62,909 nucleotides of DNA, from assembly GCA_014297435.1 (NCBI GenBank), contig JACOQA010000005.1, positions 1-62,909 of the forward strand. Reading direction: 5' to 3'. Below the pieces are notes generated by a model. It was not told where the DNA came from. It worked only from the letters and a program-made list of their open reading frames with translations, and did no database searches. This DNA comes from Candidatus Nanohaloarchaea archaeon (GTDB lineage: Archaea > Nanohalarchaeota > Nanosalinia > Nanosalinales > Nanosalinaceae). The position numbers and the translations under genes are program-made. Of this stretch, positions 48,840 through 58,538 are shown piece after piece; position 1 is the stretch's first letter; each line of letters starts with the position of its first letter.

Positions 48840-49904
48840 ATGATTCGACAAATATTCATGATATTTGTTCTTGCTTTATTTGCTTTTCAAGTTTCAGCAC
48901 CGACCAATGAACCAAGACACCCTCTTTCGCAAGTTTCACCTGTTGATGTAGATTTGAATATGTCAGAGCAGGATATCTTTAACGTAACAGAAGTTAAACT
49001 TGCTGGAGGACTAGGATTCTCGGGTTCATGGATAGAGACTCCTGGTGGAGGCAATCTCTTAGGGTGGGATGCAGTTAATATGCAACTGGATCTTAAATCT
49101 GGAGACATAGACCTTAATGGCAATACAATTTTAGACAGTTCTGGTAACATTGGTTTAGGCTCCAGTATTGATCTCAGTGGTAATAGTCTTCTTGACAGCT
49201 CTGATAATAAGCTTAATTTAGAGGACAACGTAAAGCTTGAGAATCAGAATTATATTCAAATCGGTAATGATGATGGAAGCTATTACTTAGGTGGCGGAAG
49301 CACACCAGATGCAGAAACCACGGGTGTGCATTTGGAAGCTGGTAGTAACCCTAGTAGCGGAAACCCGATATTCATCGTTGAAAGCAGTGGAGGAAGTGAG
49401 AGGCTCCGGGTAGAACACTCAGGCACAACGTCAACGTCCAACAGCTTCAGAGCTGATGGGGGCATAAGCTCTGGAGGAACACTAAACATGAACAATAATC
49501 GGATAGATAACGTTGGCACGCCGTCAGACAGCGATGATGCGGCTACTAAAGGGTATGTAGATAGTAAATCAAGTGGGTCTCTTCAAATTACAGGGACCCA
49601 TTACAGTAGTTCTTCGGCGTGTAGTACTAGTTCTGATGGAACATCAGCTTCTACTTCAACAACAGTAAGTTGTCAGGATTCGGAGGCATTTGTGATTGCT
49701 CAGGGCGCTCATAAAAGCGTGGGCACCTCAACCGCTAACTATATAGATTGCCCCCTTTATGAGGCTAATGCGAAAAAGAGCAATATTGATCTAGACTGGG
49801 AGAATCGTCCTTCTAAGACGTCTTATTCTGCTTCTGCTTCGGGATCGGGAGATAACGTAGATATAGAGATAGTGGCTAAAGTTGTTTGTGGAAAATATAG
49901 CTGA
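48840..49904 (+). CDS. HPLSQ-leader fibre-like secreted protein, copy 4
   Basis: Signal peptide; RHPLSQVSPVDVDLNMSEQDIFNVTEV; DL.GN repeats; NRIDNVGTPSDSDDAATKGYVD; Cys-containing head. Confidence 0.78.
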   Translation: MIRQIFMIFVLALFAFQVSAPTNEPRHPLSQVSPVDVDLNMSEQDIFNVTEVKLAGGLGFSGSWIETPGGGNLLGWDAVNMQLDLKSGDIDLNGNTILDSSGNIGLGSSIDLSGNSLLDSSDNKLNLEDNVKLENQNYIQIGNDDGSYYLGGGSTPDAETTGVHLEAGSNPSSGNPIFIVESSGGSERLRVEHSGTTSTSNSFRADGGISSGGTLNMNNNRIDNVGTPSDSDDAATKGYVDSKSSGSLQITGTHYSSSSACSTSSDGTSASTSTTVSCQDSEAFVIAQGAHKSVGTSTANYIDCPLYEANAKKSNIDLDWENRPSKTSYSASASGSGDNVDIEIVAKVVCGKYS

Positions 49905-49940
49905 AGAGAAGTTTAGTGAATTAAAATTGTTTTCATATCT

Positions 49941-51158
49941 TTAGAGGAAGAATGTTGTCGCAAGGTATCCTATCGCGAAAAGCACAGCCATGTGTTTGAA
50001 ACCTGCTTTTAGCTCTCCCTCTGCAAGTTTCCCGATAATCAATCCTGAAAAGATCGCTTGGAAGTAGACAAGCCTGGAGAACCATGAGTTGTAAAGATTG
50101 ATGTTTTGCTGCAGGCTTGCTCCGCCTCCTCCGCCTCCAAGAACTGAGAAACCTCCTGAACCTCCTAGAGATTGCTGTGCGTCAGCAAGGTTAGGCAAAA
50201 GATAGTTTGTAAGGGCTACAAGGATGCCTATGAATATGAAGAATACGATATATCCGGTAACCATCTCTCCGTAGAGCTGTGATTCTCTTTCCTCCTTTAA
50301 TTGTTTGATAGTTCTAATGTTATCGCCAACAGATTCTAGTACGTCTTGAATATTTCCGCCGGAGCTGTATGCCTGTATAATTGTGTCCACAGATCTTCTT
50401 ACCACGTCGGAATGTGTTTCTTCCGCAAAGTTCTGGAGAACATCTTGGAAAGGCACGCCCCAGTCAAGCTGTGCGTTCATCTTCTCAATTTTTTCGTCTA
50501 GTGGACCGTAGCTTCCGGTCTCGGTGTTCTGAATTGCTTGAGGCAGGGACATTCCTGCACGTGTTCCTTCAACGACGTCTCTCAGAAATTCGGGGAACTT
50601 CTCCTCCATCTTCTTCCTGGCGATGTACTGTTCGTACTTAACATACATTATTGGTGCAGCCATCAGTAGAAGTGAGAACAGGTTAAAAAGTACGAACATC
50701 AGCTGCTGGAAGTTAGTCTGTGAGGTAACTTCGGCATCCACAAGGGCTTGAGACTGGAAACCGATACTCGGTCTTGTAATTCTAACTGTGTTGTTGACCT
50801 GAATATTTTCAGAACTAGGCTTGATGAGCGCGGTTCTAGAATTTACGCTCTCCACGCTCTCTCCATTAAAATAGACTTCCACTCCGTTTCCTGAAGAAAC
50901 GTTACTGAATGTTAAAGAGATAGTGGTTCCTTTCGCAAGCGAAGGCTCGTTAATTTTGAATTCAAAGCTAGCATCTTGCTCGTTGTCGATAGGCATAGAT
51001 TTATCGAGTTGGAATTTTACCATGTTCTGCTGGTTCTGATGGAGGTTGAACAGCATCAAAGAAGCTCCAACTATGAAGGCTACGGAAATAAGGAGGATCA
51101 GCCTCTCGTTCTGCCTCCAGAAGTTCTTCGCCTTCAGTTTCATTCTCTTTTTGTTCAT
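49941..51158 (-). CDS. Type IV pilus membrane platform protein (T2SSF/TadB-C) with N-terminal extracellular domain
   Basis: FPEFLRDVVEGTRAGMSLPQAI...YGPL...WG; GLIIGKLAEG. Confidence 0.88.
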   Translation of the reverse strand: MNKKRMKLKAKNFWRQNERLILLISVAFIVGASLMLFNLHQNQQNMVKFQLDKSMPIDNEQDASFEFKINEPSLAKGTTISLTFSNVSSGNGVEVYFNGESVESVNSRTALIKPSSENIQVNNTVRITRPSIGFQSQALVDAEVTSQTNFQQLMFVLFNLFSLLLMAAPIMYVKYEQYIARKKMEEKFPEFLRDVVEGTRAGMSLPQAIQNTETGSYGPLDEKIEKMNAQLDWGVPFQDVLQNFAEETHSDVVRRSVDTIIQAYSSGGNIQDVLESVGDNIRTIKQLKEERESQLYGEMVTGYIVFFIFIGILVALTNYLLPNLADAQQSLGGSGGFSVLGGGGGGASLQQNINLYNSWFSRLVYFQAIFSGLIIGKLAEGELKAGFKHMAVLFAIGYLATTFFL

Positions 51159-51159
51159 T

Positions 51160-52083
51160 TTAGTCCACCGTTAGTGCGAGGAAAGCCACGAATAGAGAGT
51201 TTATTGCCGGAATTATTATGTGTACGCCAAGCCACATCAAGTCTCTGATAGCGAAACCAGCAATAGAACCGCCTAGAAGGTTCATAACTGCCAGCACAAC
51301 TACAAGGAAGACGGGTGCCGCGATAAGTATGGCAGTGTAGAACGAGGCATAGGTTGAAAGTTTTTCGATCTCTTTTTCCCGTTCCATGTTGTAATCAAAC
51401 AAGGCTTCATCTGCTTTTTCGTTGATGTAGGACTCAAGATCGCCTCCTGTTTCAACTGTCGAAATTATGCCGTAAAGCACCTCGCTCCAGTCCTCTGAAG
51501 GTGATTTCTCAGCTACTTCCTTTAGAGCGGTTGTAAGATCTTCCCCAAAAACGTTTACCCGACGAGAGATCTCCTCAGCCTCGTCAGAAATACCTCCGTA
51601 TTCATCAAAAGTTGTCAGGAGTTCGAACATCGACTTTGGAGGAATTCCGGATGTCGCAATTGCCCCTAAATGGTTTAACGCAAAAGGAAGGTTGTCATCG
51701 ATATCCTGTTTCCTTGACTTAGCTTTCTGGGATGGATAGATATACATGAAACCGAAGATCGCTAAAGCCAAAGCCAACGGCACTCCTACTATAAATCTAA
51801 TGGCGGTCAATAGACTGAAGCCGCTAGAAATCGAGAAAACTATACCGCCCAGCAATCCTACAAACGCGGCGAAGCAGCTGAAAAGAAATGCTTTAGACAT
51901 GTAAGTCCTGAACAGCACATCCATGTCTGCTTCTTTCAGGTCCTGTTTTACGTCCTGAAAACTATCTGAGTACTTGTCAACAGTCGGTCCGAATAATGCA
52001 TTGGCTGCGGCATTTATATTATCTGTCTTAGAGGCCTGCTTAAGCCTATCCGAGAAATTTGATTTGAACGGATCGTGGCTCAT
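51160..52083 (-). CDS. Type IV pilus membrane platform protein (T2SSF/TadC-like)
   Basis: LPFALNHLGAIATSG, FGEDLTTAL, TGGDL; TM helices. Confidence 0.9.
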   Translation of the reverse strand: MSHDPFKSNFSDRLKQASKTDNINAAANALFGPTVDKYSDSFQDVKQDLKEADMDVLFRTYMSKAFLFSCFAAFVGLLGGIVFSISSGFSLLTAIRFIVGVPLALALAIFGFMYIYPSQKAKSRKQDIDDNLPFALNHLGAIATSGIPPKSMFELLTTFDEYGGISDEAEEISRRVNVFGEDLTTALKEVAEKSPSEDWSEVLYGIISTVETGGDLESYINEKADEALFDYNMEREKEIEKLSTYASFYTAILIAAPVFLVVVLAVMNLLGGSIAGFAIRDLMWLGVHIIIPAINSLFVAFLALTVD

Positions 52084-52718
52084 TGAACCTTGATTCCATC
52101 GTTTTTGAAGACGTATTTGTGGACGCCGTGACTGTAGTCGGAACCTCGAAGCTTTTTAACAAAAATTTGTCTCTCTATCCGTCCCTTGTTTCTCCGAACC
52201 TCCATTTCAATAATCCCGTCAGCTATCTCTTCTTCAATCTCCGTAGCTTCTCCTTTTTCCGCAACTAACAAGGTTGTGGCATTAAGGTTTCTCAACTCCT
52301 TTTTGATCGACAGCAAGTTTTTCCTGACGTCTTTTCTTGAGTCTATGTAGAGGTCAAGGTCGGTTATCGGATCTATAACTACGCGTGAAGCGTTATTTTC
52401 CTTGACGCTCCCACGTACCATGTCAGGAACTTGTTCGCTCCGGTAGGGGTCCATTTTTCTGATGTTTATGCTGTTGTCTTCTACCTGTTGGTCGAAACGC
52501 CAATCGAACGTATTTGCCCTAAGTATATCGTCTTCAGTTTCCTGGAAAGATACGAACAAACCATTTTGTCCGTTTACGGCACCTCTGTAGAGAAATTCAA
52601 GTCCGAGGTTGGATTTTCCAGCTCCAGGCTCCCCTTTTATCAGTATCATCTGTCCTTCGGGCACGCCTCCGCCTATAAGTTTATCGAAGTTGTGGATTCC
52701 GGTCTGGATCTTTCTCAT
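52080..52718 (-). CDS. KaiC-like (RAD55) single-domain ATPase
   Basis: TGIHNFDKLIGGG, GEPGAGKS, RVVIDP, KLRGS. Confidence 0.9.
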   Translation of the reverse strand: MRKIQTGIHNFDKLIGGGVPEGQMILIKGEPGAGKSNLGLEFLYRGAVNGQNGLFVSFQETEDDILRANTFDWRFDQQVEDNSINIRKMDPYRSEQVPDMVRGSVKENNASRVVIDPITDLDLYIDSRKDVRKNLLSIKKELRNLNATTLLVAEKGEATEIEEEIADGIIEMEVRRNKGRIERQIFVKKLRGSDYSHGVHKYVFKNDGIKVQ

Positions 52719-52721
52719 TTT

Positions 52722-54704
52722 TTAAGCCTCGAAAGGGTTGTCTCCTGTTTTTTCCTCGCCTTGGAAAGGATTTTCATCTTTCTCATCGTCAAAGCGGACT
52801 TCATTAATTTTTTCTCTTTCAGCCTTTAATTTCTGCTCTAGTTCTGCAACAGGATTTTTCTCAGATCTTTTCTTATGATCTACAGGTGTTTTGGAATGTA
52901 TCTTAGTTTTTTCGTTCTTTTCCGCTCCTTTTTCTGTTTTCTCTTTATTCTCGCTGGCTTCTTGCTCTACCTCTGTCTCGAAGTTGTCTTTCAGAGATTG
53001 CTCTTTCTCCATTGCCTCATCAAGACCTTTCCTGTCCCTAGATATATCGACCTTCTCCTCAGCCTCTATAATGTCGTCTAGGGTATATTCGTCTTCCTCG
53101 GAGTTAACCATCTTCAGAATCTCGTCTTTGTTCTTGTAGTATTCGGCGATAATGTCTGAAACAGTATGGAAGTCCTTTACTCCTTTATCCTGAAGCCACT
53201 TGAGAACCTTGGTTCTACGTTCCATTTCGGTTTTAAGCTTCTGTTTGGAGACTCCGAAGTCCTTCGAGATCTGGTCGAAAAGATAAGGCTCTCCTCTCTT
53301 GTTGAAACTGTCGTCAATCGCAGTCCATGAAAACGCTTCATTTGTTCTTGCTGAAGCCGATTCACCTACAACCTTCTGGAGCTCGTGAACGCCTTTGGCT
53401 CTTCTCGCCGACTTTTCAACACCTTTTGCGTGTGTCATTATAACCATGACATCGATAGCTTCAATTAAGGCTGGAGAAAGCGAAATTGGAGGTGTAATCA
53501 ATCTTTTGACAACGGCGTTTGGCGAGGATGCGTGCATAGTACCTATCGACGGGTGTCCAGAGGACATACCCTGGAAAAGAACTGATGCTTCTTCTCCTCT
53601 GACCTCTCCGACCACAACGTAGTCAGGGTTCTGTCTGAATGACTCTTTAAGTAGCTGGTCCATGTCCACGTCTCCCTGGCTTGATGTACCAAACATTTCA
53701 CGGGTAACTGAAGGAATCCAGTTCTCGTGAGGTAGTTGGAGCTCACGCGTATCTTCAATAGATACGATCTTATCTTCTGGAGGAATGAATGAAACGATAG
53801 AGTTGAGGAAAGAAGTCTTCCCGGTCGCTGTTCCTCCACATACAAGTATTGACTGGTTGTACTGCTGGCAGATCCACATGTAAGCCATCAGCTCTGCATT
53901 TGCTGTTCCAAGATCCATTATATCAATCGCTGAGAAAGGAGTGTCCTGGAACTTCCTTATAGAGAAAGTAGGACCGTGTGCTGTAACGTCCTCGGTCAGT
54001 GAGGCGTTAACACGAGAGCCGTCGGGTAAGGCGCCGTCAAGCAAAGGATTTGCGTATGAAACATAGCGACCACATCGCTCTGCTAACTTAATAACAAGGT
54101 TTTCAAGCTTGTCGCCATCGTCAAACGATATATCTGACTTAACCGATCCAAACTCGCTGTGGACAGCGAAAATAGGAGTATTTGTTCCGTCGCATCCAAG
54201 ATCCTCTATGTAAGGGTCATGCATGAAAGGCTCTACTTTTCCTAATCCAACAAAGTCTCTGTAGATGTAGTAGAGTATCTTGTCGTGTTGTTCCTCCGAT
54301 AGACTGATACCTAGTTCGAGAAGAAGCTCGTTTATTTTATCCTGAAGGTAGTCGATAATCTTCTCTCTTCCGTCTAAGGAGCTTAGAGAGACATCAATTT
54401 TTTCCGAAAGATTGTCTTTGATCTTGTTAAGTGCTTCCTTGTCCGCCTCCTCAAGTTCAGGTTCTATAATTCTGTAAAGAAGCTCTTTATTATCCTTATT
54501 CCACTTTATATGTGCATAAGCAAAAGGCTTGATCAGAGGGTACTTTACATCGACATCAGCCATCTTTTCAATGTTTGAAGTAATCTTTACGTCTTTCTGG
54601 TCGCTTAAAGTAAAGTCTATCCGCTCCCCGGTGTTCTCAAAAGCTAAATCTCTAGAGTCTTCCTCATCCGATAAAGCCTCTTTGATTGAGTCGACCAGTG
54701 ACAT
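52722..54704 (-). CDS. Type IV pilus assembly ATPase (VirB11/TadA family)
   Basis: LPDGSRVN, FSIRKF, GGTATGKT, IEDTREL, RQNPDYVVVGEVRG, GHPSIGTMHA; charged C-terminal tail. Confidence 0.95.
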   Translation of the reverse strand: MSLVDSIKEALSDEEDSRDLAFENTGERIDFTLSDQKDVKITSNIEKMADVDVKYPLIKPFAYAHIKWNKDNKELLYRIIEPELEEADKEALNKIKDNLSEKIDVSLSSLDGREKIIDYLQDKINELLLELGISLSEEQHDKILYYIYRDFVGLGKVEPFMHDPYIEDLGCDGTNTPIFAVHSEFGSVKSDISFDDGDKLENLVIKLAERCGRYVSYANPLLDGALPDGSRVNASLTEDVTAHGPTFSIRKFQDTPFSAIDIMDLGTANAELMAYMWICQQYNQSILVCGGTATGKTSFLNSIVSFIPPEDKIVSIEDTRELQLPHENWIPSVTREMFGTSSQGDVDMDQLLKESFRQNPDYVVVGEVRGEEASVLFQGMSSGHPSIGTMHASSPNAVVKRLITPPISLSPALIEAIDVMVIMTHAKGVEKSARRAKGVHELQKVVGESASARTNEAFSWTAIDDSFNKRGEPYLFDQISKDFGVSKQKLKTEMERRTKVLKWLQDKGVKDFHTVSDIIAEYYKNKDEILKMVNSEEDEYTLDDIIEAEEKVDISRDRKGLDEAMEKEQSLKDNFETEVEQEASENKEKTEKGAEKNEKTKIHSKTPVDHKKRSEKNPVAELEQKLKAEREKINEVRFDDEKDENPFQGEEKTGDNPFEA

Positions 54705-54748
54705 CTCTAGTTGAAATTAAGGAGGGCTGTTAATAATGGTTGCTAACT

Positions 54749-56383
54749 CTACATCTCGTCTAGGGGCTCGATTCCCATAAGATTCAGTCCTTGATCGGTC
54801 ACATCTACGAAAAGCTCGACAACTCTCAACCGTCTTTTCGTAGTTTTCTCGTCCTCTCCCAACACGGGGCAGTCATGGTAGAAGCTATTGAACTCCTCTG
54901 AAAGAGTTGAGAGGTAGTTCGCGATCTTCGCAGGATCTCTTTGATCTCCCGCTGCTTCTACTTTTGAAGGGAACTCTGCCAACTTCTTCAACAAACGATA
55001 TTCTCCCTGATGTATCTCTCCTAACAACTCGCCTTCCTTCTCCGTTTGTTTCAAAATGCTCTTCGCACGTACGTTAGAATACTGAAGATAAGGTCCGGAA
55101 TCGCCCTCAAATGAAAGAACGGAGTCCCAGTCGAATTCTATGTCCTTCTGTCGAGAAACAGAAAGATTAGCGTATTTTATAGCGCCTAAACCTACTTTTT
55201 CGGCATTATCGATATCTTTGTCCTCTATCCTTTTCTCTGCCTCCTCCTCTGCTTTGTCCATAACCTCTGAAAGCTCGATAATGTTCCCTTTGCTTGAGGA
55301 CATAGAGCCTTCTTCAAGATGAAGCATTCCGTATGAGATGTGTTCGTTCTGCATCTCATTGAATCCAAACATCTCTGCTGTTTCGAAAAGCTGTTGGAAG
55401 TGTAGATCCTGTTCTGAAGCAACTATATACAGGTTCTGATCGAAACCTTCCTTCTCCCTTTTCTCAATATTTGCGATATCACGAGAAATGTAAAGTGTGG
55501 AACCATCACTTCTTTTGACGACTGTAGAAGGAAGATCATCAAACTCGACGTAAACACTGCCGTCATCGTCCTTTTTGAAAATACTTTTTTCGAGTCCTTC
55601 TTCGATTATTTCGTCGGCTCTCTCCGCAACCACGGACTCTCCGGTCCAGCGGTCGAACTTGATACCCATTCTCTCGTATTCTTTCTCGTTGTACTCGATT
55701 GTGGCTTCTCTAAACTTTTCCCAGATCGAGAAAGCCTCATCATGACCTTCCTCTATCTTTTTCGACCATTCTCGGGCTTTCTCCTGTGTCTCCTCGTCGG
55801 CTTCCTGGTTCAGCTTGACGTAGAGGCTGTACATATGCTCCATCGGGTTTTTCTCAAACTCTTCTTCCGATCCCCAGAGCTTGTATGCGTAGATCGTCTG
55901 GCCGTGTTTTGTTCCCCAGTCCCCGATATAGTTCTCTGAAGTTACGTCGTAACCTAGGAAACGCATAATTCTCTGGATTGAATCTCCTAGAACGTTGTTT
56001 CTGAGGTGACCGATGTGCATAGGTTTCGCGAGGTTAGGTGAGGAGAACTCGACTAAGACCTTTCCCTCTCGTTCCTCAACACCCATCTTTTCTGATTCTA
56101 TGATCTGTTCTATTTCTTCTGCGTAGTATTTTTTGTCTAGAAAGAAGTTGAGGTAGCCTGGTCCTGCCACATCAACCTTTCTAACAAAACCGAGTTCTTC
56201 AAGAGCTTCCGCTGCCTCTTCAGCTAGCTGCCGAGGATTTACTTCTTTCTCTGATGCTGCCTTCATCGCCGGATATGCGAAGTCGCCATGCTCCGGTTCA
56301 GGCAGTTCAATATCATCGACATCTACTTCTGCTTCAAGTGTTTCGGAAAGTTCTTCCGCCAACGTCTTTTTGATCTGCTTCAT
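54749..56383 (-). CDS. argS: Arginyl-tRNA synthetase
   Basis: EFSSPNLAKPMHIGHLRN, GDWG, MSSSKG, GPYLQY, FYHDCPVL. Confidence 0.97.
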   Translation of the reverse strand: MKQIKKTLAEELSETLEAEVDVDDIELPEPEHGDFAYPAMKAASEKEVNPRQLAEEAAEALEELGFVRKVDVAGPGYLNFFLDKKYYAEEIEQIIESEKMGVEEREGKVLVEFSSPNLAKPMHIGHLRNNVLGDSIQRIMRFLGYDVTSENYIGDWGTKHGQTIYAYKLWGSEEEFEKNPMEHMYSLYVKLNQEADEETQEKAREWSKKIEEGHDEAFSIWEKFREATIEYNEKEYERMGIKFDRWTGESVVAERADEIIEEGLEKSIFKKDDDGSVYVEFDDLPSTVVKRSDGSTLYISRDIANIEKREKEGFDQNLYIVASEQDLHFQQLFETAEMFGFNEMQNEHISYGMLHLEEGSMSSSKGNIIELSEVMDKAEEEAEKRIEDKDIDNAEKVGLGAIKYANLSVSRQKDIEFDWDSVLSFEGDSGPYLQYSNVRAKSILKQTEKEGELLGEIHQGEYRLLKKLAEFPSKVEAAGDQRDPAKIANYLSTLSEEFNSFYHDCPVLGEDEKTTKRRLRVVELFVDVTDQGLNLMGIEPLDEM

Positions 56384-56649
56384 GGTATCGGCTTGTAGAG
56401 TTATCTTATTTAAGGTGTGGAGCAGTTTCTAGGTCTTCAAGCCGTAAGAAAAAGAGCTCTCGATTTCCAGTTCTTTGATTTTCTGATTCAGGGCATCAAG
56501 CTCTGTCTCCCATTTTTTACAGAAGTCTTTCACATCCACCAGAATTGTCGGTACTTCTCATATAGTGAAACTATGAGAACGAATTATAAACAGGTGAAGT
56601 CCAGAACTACGACAAAGACTACAAAAGTGTTGTATTTGAAACAAATTCT

Positions 56650-57180
56650 ATGTCGGTAGCCGCCAAAGTCGAACTATACGTATCGAAACGCCCATACATC
56701 AAGGAAGCACTTGCAGAAGGCTTGGTAAACTACAGCGCTTTAGGCAGAAAAATCAGTAAGGAGAAAGACGTTGAAAGCCTTGAAGCCGTAAAAGCCGCGC
56801 TTTCCCGATATGAGGATCATGTATCCGAAGTAAGGGAGGAAAGAAGGGGAGAGGTCGTCGAAGTTCTTTCGGAAACAGATCTGGAAATAAAAACCGGTGT
56901 AAAAGTTGTCAAAGCTGAAGCAAAAAATGCTATAATTAACGCAGAGACTAAAAACGGTCATACATCAGTTCTTTCAGGTAGTGGAATGGCTTTAATTAGT
57001 CTTGAAAGCCCAGAAAAGCTTGAAGAAACTCCGGGAGTACTTGAATTCATTCTTTCCTCTTTAGCCGCTGAAGGGATTAACGTAGACCATTTGATATCCT
57101 GTCGTGAAGACACTCACCTTGTTGTGGAAGGTTCTCAGGCCTCTGAAGCTCTGGAGGTCTTGAGGCAGAGAATCAGGTAA
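56650..57180 (+). CDS. Conserved archaeal ACT-domain protein
   Basis: RPYI...GLVNYSAL; TPGV...LAAEGINV..LISC. Confidence 0.8.
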   Translation: MSVAAKVELYVSKRPYIKEALAEGLVNYSALGRKISKEKDVESLEAVKAALSRYEDHVSEVREERRGEVVEVLSETDLEIKTGVKVVKAEAKNAIINAETKNGHTSVLSGSGMALISLESPEKLEETPGVLEFILSSLAAEGINVDHLISCREDTHLVVEGSQASEALEVLRQRIR

Positions 57181-57218
57181 AAACAGCAAATAAGTATTTT
57201 CACATTTCAGGTTTTTCC

Positions 57219-57614
57219 GTGGATACGGAAGAACTGTATGATAGGGTGGTTGAAGGGGTTTATTCTCAAGCCGATATTGCAATAGGTCCTGCAACAGGCT
57301 TTGCGTATCAAGCCGCCGATTATTCTGAGTTAGAAAGGCAGGGGTGGGACAAGCCAGCCCATGCTGTAGTTTCCTTCAGTATTTCCCGTGCCTCGATGAA
57401 AGCTGCTGAAATGTTTAGAGAAGATCCTTCTTTAGGTGAAAAAGCTGGCTGGGCTTTCGCAACAGTTACTCTGGCGGGTCTCTACAGGGAGTTCGAAATG
57501 AACTCGGCTCCAGATCCTTTAGATATGGCGGCTAACTACGCTGGATGGATAGGCGCTGTTAGATACGAAATGTACGAACCTGAGAACGACTACGGAGAGT
57601 CGAATCTAGACTAG
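57219..57614 (+). CDS. VanZ-like membrane protein
   Basis: WDKPAH...E...DPLDMAANYAG. Confidence 0.55.
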   Translation: MDTEELYDRVVEGVYSQADIAIGPATGFAYQAADYSELERQGWDKPAHAVVSFSISRASMKAAEMFREDPSLGEKAGWAFATVTLAGLYREFEMNSAPDPLDMAANYAGWIGAVRYEMYEPENDYGESNLD

Positions 57615-58379
57615 CGTCTTTCCAAGCTTTTCGAATACTATTCTGGCGTTTTGCACTGTTCTATTTTCTTTGTCGAAGGGTGGTGCAACTTCAACCAAAT
57701 CGGCGTGATTTGGATCAACGGTTTCGATGACCCTTTCAACTTCTTCTAAACTTAGTTCTCCATCGGGGTAGCCGGTTCCTGGAGCTAGCCCCTGTTTCAA
57801 GACATCTATGTCGACGGAAAGATAAGTAGATTGTTCGCTGGAATCGAACTCTCCTAGAAACTTTTGAAGTTCATCTTGCTCGAACACTCTCAGATCATGA
57901 TCTTCTAGAAACTCTTCCTCATCGCCATCAATCTTTGTAATCCCAACAAACCATATTTCATCCTCCGAAAAACCGTTTTCAAGCAGTTCACGGACAACAA
58001 CATCATGAGAAACATGTCCTTTGACTTTCTCCTTTAAATCAAGGTGTGAGTCAAGCCAAATAAGCTGAAGATCCGGAAACTCTTGTTTCAAGGCTTTGAT
58101 AACAGGGAAGGAAACTGAGTGATCTCCTCCAATCGAAAGAAGAGGTTTCCCATAGTTTAGTAGATCTCTCGTGTTATGCTCTATTCTTTTATGTGTCGCC
58201 TCAAGATCGAACTCGTCAGGAAAAACCTCGTCGATCATGACCTTGTTCTTGAAGCTGAAGTCCTTTAGTAATGTTTTAGGGGCTTTCAAAGTTCCCTTTC
58301 TAGGATTTCTGTGGATTCCCATATCGGAGGGAAGTTTCTGGATTAGAATATCCGCTTCACTTGGAGACTTAACTTTCAT
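57606..58379 (-). CDS. Arginase/agmatinase family ureohydrolase
   Basis: GGDHSVS, WLDSHLD, SVDIDVL, APGTG, LVEVAP. Confidence 0.92.
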   Translation of the reverse strand: MKVKSPSEADILIQKLPSDMGIHRNPRKGTLKAPKTLLKDFSFKNKVMIDEVFPDEFDLEATHKRIEHNTRDLLNYGKPLLSIGGDHSVSFPVIKALKQEFPDLQLIWLDSHLDLKEKVKGHVSHDVVVRELLENGFSEDEIWFVGITKIDGDEEEFLEDHDLRVFEQDELQKFLGEFDSSEQSTYLSVDIDVLKQGLAPGTGYPDGELSLEEVERVIETVDPNHADLVEVAPPFDKENRTVQNARIVFEKLGKTLV

Positions 58380-58425
58380 AAGGGGGACTCATTTAGTTTG
58401 TTAGATTTAGATTTCAAAATAGGTT

Positions 58426-58500
58426 CGGACCCGGAGGGATTTGAACCCTCGACAACGAGATTAGAAGTCTCGCGCTCTGTCCGGGCTGAGCTACGGGCCC
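58426..58500 (-). tRNA. tRNA-Arg(TCT)
   Basis: GGGCCCG/CGGGTCC acceptor; CGAGA-CTTCTAA-TCTCG anticodon arm; TTCAAAT T-loop. Confidence 0.96.
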
Positions 58501-58538
58501 ATAGAGTTTTTCTAAAAGTTCCTTCTTTCCGGAACTTT

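Noticed and set aside
32478-49904. Intact provirus or contractile injection system
   Set aside because: No capsid, terminase, portal, sheath, tube or integrase genes here; fibre-like proteins carry cellular Sec/Tat signals
32478-49904. Diversity-generating retroelement acting on adhesins
   Set aside because: No reverse transcriptase in the window and no near-identical TR/VR pair with adenine-specific mismatches noticed
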